Assembly (NCBI GenBank): GCA_017554185.1
Contig: JAFZIU010000028.1
Coordinates: 1-61,452, forward strand
Length of the DNA: 61,452 bases
Source: Spirochaetia bacterium
GTDB taxonomy: Bacteria; Spirochaetota; Spirochaetia; CADAEX01
Direction of reading: 5' to 3'
Positions 49,985 to 58,041 of this stretch are shown piece after piece. The notes beneath the pieces are model-generated. The model was not told the DNA's origin and made no database searches. It was given only the letters and a program-made list of their open reading frames with translations. The position numbers and the translations under genes were made by a program. Every line of letters starts with the position of its first letter. The stretch's first letter is position 1.

Positions 49985-51649
49985 TCAGAAACCTATGCGG
50001 CGCCCTTCCTTGGCCAGTTTCTCGCCCTGGCAAAGGGTATGGAGCTCATCCAGCCTTGGACGGTTGCCTGTAATGACCTCGTCCATTGTGACCTTGCGGA
50101 CAATATTGTCTATCTGTCCGCCGGAAAGATCATACTTCCGGGCAAAGGTATCAAGGTCGTCGTCCTTGAGCCAGTCAAGCTTGGACTTCCAGATCTTCTT
50201 CTTTGTCTCCACCGAAGGATTCTCGAACTTGATCTTGAAGAGGAAACGGCGCTCAAAAGCACCATCCAGGTTTCCAACAAGGTTGGTGGTGGCAATCATG
50301 ATGCCGTCCAGCTTCTCCATCTCCTCAAGAATGATGTTCTGCATGGCGTTCTCGGTCTGGGCAGATGGGCTCAGAAGACTGTCCTGCCGTCTGGAGAGGA
50401 TTCCGTCTGCCTCGTTGAAGAACAGGATGGGCGCCCTGCCTCCTTTCTCCTTAAGGCATGCACGGCAGAACTGGCGGTAGTCTGTGAAGATTTTCTTGAT
50501 TTTCTTCTCGCTCTCACCGAACCAGCAGGACTTTGAATTGCTTATATCCACATGGAACACCTTGCGTCCTGTGGCTCTGGCTATCTGATAGACACTCTCG
50601 GTCTTGCCGGTTCCCGGAGCACCATACATGAGCACTGCAATACCATGGGGCAGACCCTTGGCCTCAAGCCTTTTCTGGATGCTGCGGAGGGTATCGTCCT
50701 TAAGGGATGCTGAAAGCCGGTTCATATCTGCCTCGTTCTCTTTGTTGTAAAACAGAGCCTTGGCAGTAATGGTCTCCGGGTTTATTATGCAGGTCCCTTT
50801 CTCCATCTTCTTGAACAGATGGGCATCATCTCCCAAAAGAAGCTCCTTGGCATAGGATGTAATCTCAAGGGTCGCATCCAGCACGCTGTCTTTGTTTGTG
50901 AACTCTATCAGGTTCTTGGTGAAAAGGTCATTGTCCTCCCGCAGGAAGCTCTTCACGGTGTCAAAGCTCCCCTCCCCATAGATATAGTGCACCGCGCGGT
51001 TCAGGAGAGTCTCGCAGTCCCTTAAGAAATCATCGCAGCAGTTATAAAGGAACAGCCGGAGCTCGATATCGTCGGGAATCAGTTCCAGAACACTTTTTAT
51101 AAAAGAATCATCGGCAAACTTCTTCTCCATCTTCTTCGCCTCCCAAATCTGCTGGAAAGCCTCTACATCCCGGTCTGCCACCATGCTGCCCAACTTCCGG
51201 ATCATATCAATTACAGTAGGTTCCTTCTCCTCTGCAACAATCTCAGGAACATTTTCGTTCTGAAGAATAGCGTTCAGGAGCGGCTCGGACAGCTCAAATT
51301 CATTCTTAATGGAAACCTTGCGGCTGTCGGGTCCCATAATATTCTTGATGTACCTCTTCTCCAAGAGCTCCTCGAAATCTTCCTTGCAGTTGATGATCGG
51401 CATGACAGGACAGTCGAAGAAACGTGAAAGGTCGTTGAAGCTGCAAGGTTCTCCCTGGTTGTCAAAGTAGTAGGAGATCATGGAACAGAGAAAGCATGTG
51501 GCTATGGATTTAGTTCCGAAATAGCGGTCAAGACGCTCTACGGCCTTGTCGAACTCCTTGTTGTTCTTTAACTTGAACTTTGAATTTTCCAGGGTTGATG
51601 CAACGGTTGTAACTGCGGAAAGTACATTGAAACGGATTTTTTTAGTCAT
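49985..51649 (-). CDS. Classical-clade AAA+ ATPase with uncharacterised N-terminal region
   Basis: GAPGTGKT Walker A, KSCWFGESEK pore loop, ILFFNEAD Walker B variant, TTN..LDGAFERRF SRH, RRIGF tail; AAGGAG RBS. Confidence 0.9.
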   Translation of the reverse strand: MTKKIRFNVLSAVTTVASTLENSKFKLKNNKEFDKAVERLDRYFGTKSIATCFLCSMISYYFDNQGEPCSFNDLSRFFDCPVMPIINCKEDFEELLEKRYIKNIMGPDSRKVSIKNEFELSEPLLNAILQNENVPEIVAEEKEPTVIDMIRKLGSMVADRDVEAFQQIWEAKKMEKKFADDSFIKSVLELIPDDIELRLFLYNCCDDFLRDCETLLNRAVHYIYGEGSFDTVKSFLREDNDLFTKNLIEFTNKDSVLDATLEITSYAKELLLGDDAHLFKKMEKGTCIINPETITAKALFYNKENEADMNRLSASLKDDTLRSIQKRLEAKGLPHGIAVLMYGAPGTGKTESVYQIARATGRKVFHVDISNSKSCWFGESEKKIKKIFTDYRQFCRACLKEKGGRAPILFFNEADGILSRRQDSLLSPSAQTENAMQNIILEEMEKLDGIMIATTNLVGNLDGAFERRFLFKIKFENPSVETKKKIWKSKLDWLKDDDLDTFARKYDLSGGQIDNIVRKVTMDEVITGNRPRLDELHTLCQGEKLAKEGRRIGF

Positions 51650-51670
51650 TATTACTCCTTAGATCACTTA

Positions 51671-51702
51671 AATATAGCAACGCACAATATCATCCAGTGA
51701 TA
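51671..51702 (-). promoter_or_regulatory. Extended -10 promoter with palindromic operator for the AAA ATPase
   Basis: Minus strand TATCA-CTGGA-TGATA, 11 nt, then TATATT preceded by TGc. Confidence 0.45.
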
Positions 51703-51736
51703 ACGTCAAAAAAATGTGAGAAAATTGTTACTTTTT

Positions 51737-52249
51737 TTACAAGATTGGGTCCGGGCAGAAGTCCTTGCGGCGGCATTCCTTGCAGAAGGAGCCCATCCAC
51801 ACATCATCAAACTGCTGTATTGCTTTCTCCACCAGTTCCGGCTCTGTTGTCAGGATACCGGCCTCGAAGTTACGGGTGTTCTCCCCTTTCATCCCAAGCC
51901 CTGCCCCGGTCAGGTTTGCAGAGCCTATATAGGCGGTGTTAAGGTCGAATATGATTATCTTGAAGTGAACCCTGGGGCACAGTACCCGCTCCATCCCGTC
52001 GATAAGGTTTGGATACTGGTCAAAGTCTTCTCTGAAAGCTGGTCCCGGCTCCTTTGCATGGATAAGGCGCACCTCCACTCCGCGGCTCACCAGGTCGGAA
52101 AGCACACCAAGAAGAGGCTTGGTTCCCTGCCCCTCCATAACGTAGAGATCCTTGATGTCGGAAGTACCTATCCACAGGAGTCTGGTCACATCCTGCATAC
52201 GCTGAACCACCTGCTGGTAGTGGTCTGCGTTGGAGATGAAATTAATCAT
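51737..52249 (-). CDS. Single-HKD phospholipase D family protein (Nuc-like nuclease)
   Basis: RVHFKIIIFD....IGSANLT..G....NFE motif; C-terminal CKEC...C. Confidence 0.85.
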   Translation of the reverse strand: MINFISNADHYQQVVQRMQDVTRLLWIGTSDIKDLYVMEGQGTKPLLGVLSDLVSRGVEVRLIHAKEPGPAFREDFDQYPNLIDGMERVLCPRVHFKIIIFDLNTAYIGSANLTGAGLGMKGENTRNFEAGILTTEPELVEKAIQQFDDVWMGSFCKECRRKDFCPDPIL

Positions 52250-52255
52250 ATTTTC

Positions 52256-52288
52256 ATTATATCATATTTTTCATAAAAATGCTATTCT
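52256..52288. promoter_or_regulatory. Back-to-back extended -10 leaderless promoters (PLD / WYL)
   Basis: Minus strand TGaTATAAT-6-ATG; plus strand TGcTATTCT-6-ATG. Confidence 0.55.
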
Positions 52289-52294
52289 AAAACT

Positions 52295-53302
52295 ATGAAA
52301 AAAGTGACCACACGCAAACTTAACAAAAAGATGCTGGAAAGGATAATCATTATCCACAATGCAATAAAATCTGGAATCTGTCCTGACAACCGGAAGCTTC
52401 AGAGTATCTACTGCGAGCAGACCGGCTATGAAAACGTTGAAAAAGCCACAATCAGCAGAGATATCGATACCCTTCGCACCTACTTTCAGGCTCCTCTGAT
52501 GTTTGACAAGAAACGGGGCGGTTACTGTTATTCCGATACAAACTGGAAGTTTGCCCTCAACAACATTTCCACCGATGATGTATTCTACCTCTCTGCAGCC
52601 AAAACTCTGCTTTCAAGCTTCGAGGGAAGCCCTATGTACAATGCCATCTCCCAGGTCATAGACTTCATAACCGACACCCAGATGGCGGGCAAGAGCAAGC
52701 TGATCCAGCGCATTGCTGTGCCACCAGCCCCGCATGTGACCACCGACGAGACAATCTGGCAGAATGTCATGGAATCACTGCAGAACAACTGCATTATTGA
52801 ATTTGACTATAATGGAAGATGGCACCCCGAGACCACACACCGCCGGGTGCGCCCATACCAGATCCTTATGGACGAAGGAACCTATTACCTGTTCGGCTAT
52901 GCCGAGGAGAGGAAGGCGGAGAGAATTTTCGCCCTGAACAGGATGAAGAATCTGCATGTGACACAGGACCATTTCCAGCTCCCTGATGACTTTGAGTTCC
53001 ACAACAGGTGCGGCGGCGGCAGGTTTGGCCTTTTCATGAGCAAGGATGCCGAGCACTTTGTGGTTGATTTCTATGATGATGCCCGTCAGTATGTGAAAGA
53101 CCGCATCTGGGCCGATGACCAGGTGATAAAGGACTATCCAAAGGAAAACCGGGTTCGGATAAGTTTTTCTTCTACCCAGCTTCTTAAGGTGAACGAGTGG
53201 ATTTTAGCCCAGGGAATGAATGCCATTCCCCGGAAACCACAGTGGTTTGTTGATAAATGGAAGAGCCAGATAAAAGGAATGGTTAAGAACGCAAAAATCT
53301 AA
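52295..53302 (+). CDS. HTH-WYL-WCX transcriptional regulator (PafBC/YafY-like)
   Basis: TISRDIDTLR wHTH; RRVRPY..YYLFG..RIFALNRM WYL domain; WILAQG WCX domain. Confidence 0.92.
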   Translation: MKKVTTRKLNKKMLERIIIIHNAIKSGICPDNRKLQSIYCEQTGYENVEKATISRDIDTLRTYFQAPLMFDKKRGGYCYSDTNWKFALNNISTDDVFYLSAAKTLLSSFEGSPMYNAISQVIDFITDTQMAGKSKLIQRIAVPPAPHVTTDETIWQNVMESLQNNCIIEFDYNGRWHPETTHRRVRPYQILMDEGTYYLFGYAEERKAERIFALNRMKNLHVTQDHFQLPDDFEFHNRCGGGRFGLFMSKDAEHFVVDFYDDARQYVKDRIWADDQVIKDYPKENRVRISFSSTQLLKVNEWILAQGMNAIPRKPQWFVDKWKSQIKGMVKNAKI

Positions 53303-53757
53303 AAGTCCAGGCAGCCTGGCTCCACTTTGCCGTTAAGCATCTTGCCGCCCACAATGTTCATCCTCGGGTACTGGGCCCGCATGGTATCCAGCGCCTTGGT
53401 TATCTCACTGCCTCCAGAGGTGGCGAAAAGGATAACTTTCTTACCGGTGAAATCGTTCTTCTCAATGAAAGTGTTCACTGCATGAGGTGCCACATACCAC
53501 CAGATAGGGAATCCGATGCATACTGTGTCATAGGGGGAAAGGTCCACCTCGCCGTCGATGATTTCCGGACGGGATCTTGAATCGTTCATCTCCACTGTAC
53601 TGCGGCTGTTAGTGTCCTGCCAGTTAAGATCTGCCTGGGTATACTTCTGCACGGGCTTGATTGAATAAATGTCGGCATCCATCTGCTGAGCCAGCATCCG
53701 TGCTGCATATGCTGTGTTTCCTGTTGCCGAGAAATAGGCTACTAAAGTATTACTCAT
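53299..53757 (-). CDS. Flavodoxin (Flavodoxin_4 type)
   Basis: YFSATGNT, GFPIWW and FATSGGS motifs. Confidence 0.92.
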   Translation of the reverse strand: MSNTLVAYFSATGNTAYAARMLAQQMDADIYSIKPVQKYTQADLNWQDTNSRSTVEMNDSRSRPEIIDGEVDLSPYDTVCIGFPIWWYVAPHAVNTFIEKNDFTGKKVILFATSGGSEITKALDTMRAQYPRMNIVGGKMLNGKVEPGCLDF

Positions 53758-53804
53758 ATATCCTCCTGACTATAGTATAACATGGTTTTATCAATAGGCA
53801 AAAA

Positions 53805-54833
53805 TTATTTTATCTCAACCAGTCTGTAATTCCTGGATCCGAAACCAATTGCAGCTGCATGCTCCAGCGTGTGGATGCCGTTGCGGCTCTCGATGCGCTC
53901 TATCAGACTGCCCGAATCCTTTGCCTTGTAAACAAGATCCACACAAGCCTGATCCAGAGCTACAGGATCAAGGGAAGCCAGAATACCTATATCGTGCATA
54001 TCGGGTTCAGCAGGGTCGCCATCGCAGTCGCAGTCCACAGAAAGACGGTTCATAACATTCACGCAGACAATACCTTTGCCGTCCTGCATATAGTCGCATA
54101 TTGACTTTGCGGCCTCGGCCATGCTCTCTAAGAACTCATCCTGAGGACAGTGTGTCCAGCTGGTGGTGCTCCGGCCTGCACTGTGTATATTGAGCTTTCC
54201 TGATTTCTCACAGCTCATGCCCGATGCAAAACCGATGGAAAGATTCTTGATTGCACCACCGAAACCGCCCATGGCATGCCCCTTGAAATGGGAAAGAATA
54301 AGATATGTATCATAATCCTTGAAGTGGGTTCCCACATAGTTTTCCTTAAGCCGTACTCCCCCTTTGACAGGGATTGCCATATAGCCATCTGCATCCTGCA
54401 GGTCAAAGCCGTTTGCTACATCCAGAAAGCCATGATCCTTGGCTATTTTCATATGATCTATGTTGTTGCTGCGGTTGCCACCGTAAGCTGTGTTACATTC
54501 CACAATTGTGGCATTGAGTTCATCCTTCACCAGGTTCTTGATTAGAGCTGGCCGTAAGTAATTGGATTTCTCGCTCTCGCCGGTGCTCACCTTGACACCA
54601 GTTTTACCTTTGATCTTGTAGCCTGTTGCGTTATATACCTTGACAAGCGCCTCGGGAGTGATGTCCTTGATAAAGTAGACCACTGGAGCATTCTTATCCG
54701 TGGTCGCATAACCTTTGTATGTTGATGCCATCTTATTCTCCTTTGCAAAAGCACAGAATGTGCCTGTCAAAATCAATATAATTGAAAGCATTGAAATAAT
54801 AGTTATTTTTCTCTTCAAATTTTTTCCTCTCAT
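53805..54833 (-). CDS. DUF362 Fe-S protein with N-terminal export signal
   Basis: ECNTAYGG.R, SHFKGH..GFGGAIKN, DCDC and DPVALDQAC motifs; hydrophobic N-terminus ending AFA. Confidence 0.82.
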   Translation of the reverse strand: MRGKNLKRKITIISMLSIILILTGTFCAFAKENKMASTYKGYATTDKNAPVVYFIKDITPEALVKVYNATGYKIKGKTGVKVSTGESEKSNYLRPALIKNLVKDELNATIVECNTAYGGNRSNNIDHMKIAKDHGFLDVANGFDLQDADGYMAIPVKGGVRLKENYVGTHFKDYDTYLILSHFKGHAMGGFGGAIKNLSIGFASGMSCEKSGKLNIHSAGRSTTSWTHCPQDEFLESMAEAAKSICDYMQDGKGIVCVNVMNRLSVDCDCDGDPAEPDMHDIGILASLDPVALDQACVDLVYKAKDSGSLIERIESRNGIHTLEHAAAIGFGSRNYRLVEIK

Positions 54834-54836
54834 TTT

Positions 54837-56243
54837 TTATTTTGTCTTTATACCGCTGGCAGAAAGCCACTTAGCCACATCCTTTGGCAGGGACGGCCCG
54901 CCCGAATAGTGGATAGAAAGGCCCTCGCCCAGCTTTGCATTAGGGGCAAGCTTTGCGATTGCTGTAAGGCTCTGGCCGAAGCGGCCGCCACCGTGGGAGC
55001 AGAAAGGCATAATACGTTTACCTGTAAAATCATAGCTTTCCAGAAGGGTTGCAATAGGCATAGGAATGCTTGCCCACCAGTTAGGGTATCCCAGTATGAT
55101 TGTATCATATTCTGCCCACTTGGCTTTATCAATCTTTGTCTTAAGTTCCGGGCGGGCCTGCTTGTGCTGATCCCGCTGGGCTTCGTTCAAGACAGTGCTG
55201 TAGTTCTTGGAATATGGCTTTACCAGTTCCAGCTCGATTGAATCATACCCTGTCTGCTTTGCAATTTCTTTTGCTACACCCCGGGTGTTGCCACCCCAGG
55301 AATAATAGATGATAAGTGCTTTTTTAACGGATGAACCTGCAGTGGTTTTTGTTTCTGTTGTAGTTACTAATCCCTTGACTGAATCATCGGCATTGCAGAC
55401 AAGACGGATTCCCACATTATAAAGAGGAGTATTCTGCTCTGCTGCTGCACGATAAGCGCTTCTTAAGTTCTTACCGAAGTCGTTCCAGCCACCGCCCCGG
55501 TTCACACGCCTTGTTCCTGCTGATGCACCAAAGGGGTTTTCTGCTGCACCAGTCCCATAGTCGCCGTAGAAATCGAAGCACCACTCCCCCACATTCCCAT
55601 AAATATCATAAAGACCGTTAGGATTAGGATCAAAGCTTCCTACCGGCAGAGTCTGGCCCCGATACACGCCAGGACCGGTCTCCAGCACTGAGTCGTTAAA
55701 ATAATTCTGCTCTATCTGGTATGGATAATGGCCGTAGAAGTTCACATTATCAGAGCCTGGAACTCTCTTTGAATAGAACGGGGTTGTAGAACCGGCCCTG
55801 GCCGCATATTCCCACTCTGCCTCGGTGGGGAGCCGGTAGCCGTCTGCACTGCGGTTCCAGCTGACTGTCCTGCCGCCATCATTTATTATGTATACGGGTG
55901 TACGGCCATCACGCTTGCTAAGAGCATTGCAGAACTCAACAGCTTCAAGCCAGGTGATGCTTTCTACAGGCAGGGTATCGCCCTTGAAGTTGCTGGGGTT
56001 CTTGCAAGTCACTTCGCTGTACAGCTTCTGGGTGACCTCATACTTGCACATATAAAAAGAAGAAACCGTAACTTTATGCTGGGTTTCATCGTTACTCCGC
56101 CAGTCTTCGTTTTCGGGACTTCCCATTGTAAATGTGCCCCCTTTTATAAGGACAAAGTCGTCGTTTGGTGCAGTAAATTCTTTCGCAACTGCCATAGATA
56201 ACACCCCAAAAGCTATTAATAAAGTCAAAATAATTTTTTTCAT
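54837..56243 (-). CDS. Exported FGE/SUMF1 (CLec-fold) domain fused to flavodoxin
   Basis: Signal peptide; FTMGS, YRLPTEAEWEYAAR, GNVGEW, RGGGW and GIRL motifs; then YYSWGGNT, GYPNWW and FCSHGG. Confidence 0.88.
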   Translation of the reverse strand: MKKIILTLLIAFGVLSMAVAKEFTAPNDDFVLIKGGTFTMGSPENEDWRSNDETQHKVTVSSFYMCKYEVTQKLYSEVTCKNPSNFKGDTLPVESITWLEAVEFCNALSKRDGRTPVYIINDGGRTVSWNRSADGYRLPTEAEWEYAARAGSTTPFYSKRVPGSDNVNFYGHYPYQIEQNYFNDSVLETGPGVYRGQTLPVGSFDPNPNGLYDIYGNVGEWCFDFYGDYGTGAAENPFGASAGTRRVNRGGGWNDFGKNLRSAYRAAAEQNTPLYNVGIRLVCNADDSVKGLVTTTETKTTAGSSVKKALIIYYSWGGNTRGVAKEIAKQTGYDSIELELVKPYSKNYSTVLNEAQRDQHKQARPELKTKIDKAKWAEYDTIILGYPNWWASIPMPIATLLESYDFTGKRIMPFCSHGGGRFGQSLTAIAKLAPNAKLGEGLSIHYSGGPSLPKDVAKWLSASGIKTK

Positions 56244-56872
56244 CTGTTCCTCACAAGTAAAAGTCTTGATAAATAATGGGAGATCATGCTGAATAAAATA
56301 AGAATTGAAAGATAGTCTACTGCAAACAGGATGTATCCCCTGTCCAGGTCAAGGAAAAAGAACTGCTGAATCAGAAGCATATAGCGCCAAAGTCCACGGA
56401 TTATAAATGCATAGATTCCATAACAGCTGGCAATCAAGGCAGCAAACCGTGCAAACCCTAGATAGCGGGCCGGAATCCTGTTTGTCATCATGCTTATGTG
56501 CATACCGATATGAAAACACATAAAAAGTAAATACCAGTGGGATGAAACCAGGTGAGAAGTCCTGGCAAATTCAATACCACCGCCGAATGCCTCTGCAGGC
56601 ATGAACCAGGCCATCATAAGGCCGCTGATCATAAGCAGGAGAGCGCATACAGTAATGCCTATATTCACCACAATCTGCATCCTGCGGTATGAATTATACT
56701 TACCTCTGAAAAGAGAGCCGTACCACCGCCTGTTAAGCACCATGTGAAAAAGCCACAGGGCAAGCAGCATCATTCCCAGGATTTGATGAACACGGTAGTC
56801 TGGGAAAAGGACAGTTCCCCCCATAAGGATAATTGAGAGAACAGTCATTGCAATGTCTAAGTGTTTTCTCAA
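56240..56872 (-). CDS. DUF4405-like multi-pass membrane protein (putative heme b)
   Basis: About six TM helices with His pairs (HQILG/HMVLN and HLVSSH/HIGMH); TTG start. Confidence 0.7.
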   Translation of the reverse strand: MRKHLDIAMTVLSIILMGGTVLFPDYRVHQILGMMLLALWLFHMVLNRRWYGSLFRGKYNSYRRMQIVVNIGITVCALLLMISGLMMAWFMPAEAFGGGIEFARTSHLVSSHWYLLFMCFHIGMHISMMTNRIPARYLGFARFAALIASCYGIYAFIIRGLWRYMLLIQQFFFLDLDRGYILFAVDYLSILILFSMISHYLSRLLLVRNR

Positions 56873-56873
56873 C

Positions 56874-58040
56874 TTACATGCTTTCCTTTAAGATCTGCAC
56901 TACTTCTTCTTTTGTAAGCACCTTGTAGCCACCGTCCAGAATGAATGTAGCGCCAGCGATTCCTTCCCACATTTCCTCTTTCACTCCAAGCTCGGCAAGG
57001 GAGAGAGAAACGCCGATTTCCTCCATCCAGCGCTTCATTGCTGCAAGTCCTTCCTCGGCCACCTGCCGGTCGCTTTTTCCATCGGGGCATACATCCCATA
57101 CATTTTTTGCAAACCGTACAAACTTAGGAAGTCCTGCCTCCAGCTGAGTCCTATAGTATGCAAGACTGACTGCACTTAGTGTCATGCCATGGGTAGCGTC
57201 AGTGAATGCACCTACCGCCTGGCCTATCATGTGGACCATCCAGTCCTGGCTCTTGCCTTTGCCGACAAGAGTGTTCAAAGCCCAGGTGGCATCCCACATA
57301 ATGTTGGACCGTGCCTCGTAATCTTCCGGGTTCTTGATTGCTATCTGTGAAGCGTGAATTACAGAGCGCATAAGCCCTTCGCTGATATAGTCGCTTGAGT
57401 TGTCGTCGCTGCCGGAGAAATACTGCTCGCAGATATGGTTGAAGATATCGTAGATGCCGGAAACCATCTGCCGCTTCGGGATACTGAAGGTGAACTTAGG
57501 ATTCAGGATAGCGAACTTAGGGTAAACTTCCTCGCCGAACACATGCCCTATCTTAAGCTTCTGGGCATGGTTTGTGATTACAGAACCGCCGTTCATCTCG
57601 CTTCCTGTTCCCACCATAGTGAGCACAGATCCAACCGGGATTATGCGATTTGCAGGTTCTTCCATCTTAAGATAGTACTTTTCCCATGGATCACCGTCGT
57701 ACCAGGCACCTACAGAAACGCCCTTGGCATAGTCTATGGTGGAACCACCGCCTACTGCTAGGATAAAATCGACCTGCTCCTTCCGGGCAAGCTGGCAGCC
57801 TTCAATCAGCTTCTCGCTGGTAGGATTGGGCATGACACCGGGAAGCTCCACAATCTCATTATCATTCTTCTTAAGGATATCGACAACAGCATCATAGATT
57901 CCATTCTTCTTTATGGAACCACCGCCGTATGTAAGCAAAATCTTTTTTCCATATTTAGGAAGCTCTGTGTTCAGATAATCGAGAGAATCCTCACCAAAAT
58001 AAAGCTTTGTCGGATTTGAATAAGAAAAGTTCCCAAGCAT
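56874..58040 (-). CDS. Iron-containing alcohol dehydrogenase (BdhA/YqhD-like)
   Basis: GGGS, PNP, GTGSE, DIFNH, H..G and HG motifs. Confidence 0.92.
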   Translation of the reverse strand: MLGNFSYSNPTKLYFGEDSLDYLNTELPKYGKKILLTYGGGSIKKNGIYDAVVDILKKNDNEIVELPGVMPNPTSEKLIEGCQLARKEQVDFILAVGGGSTIDYAKGVSVGAWYDGDPWEKYYLKMEEPANRIIPVGSVLTMVGTGSEMNGGSVITNHAQKLKIGHVFGEEVYPKFAILNPKFTFSIPKRQMVSGIYDIFNHICEQYFSGSDDNSSDYISEGLMRSVIHASQIAIKNPEDYEARSNIMWDATWALNTLVGKGKSQDWMVHMIGQAVGAFTDATHGMTLSAVSLAYYRTQLEAGLPKFVRFAKNVWDVCPDGKSDRQVAEEGLAAMKRWMEEIGVSLSLAELGVKEEMWEGIAGATFILDGGYKVLTKEEVVQILKESM

Positions 58041-58041
58041 A

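Noticed and set aside
52350-52358. DnaA box TTATCCACA
   Set aside because: A single copy inside the WYL coding region, with no box cluster or dnaA nearby.
55390-55520. FGE/CLec domain as a diversity-generating retroelement target (like T. denticola TvpA)
   Set aside because: No reverse transcriptase, accessory gene or near-identical template repeat in the window, and the would-be variable region is internal to a fusion protein.
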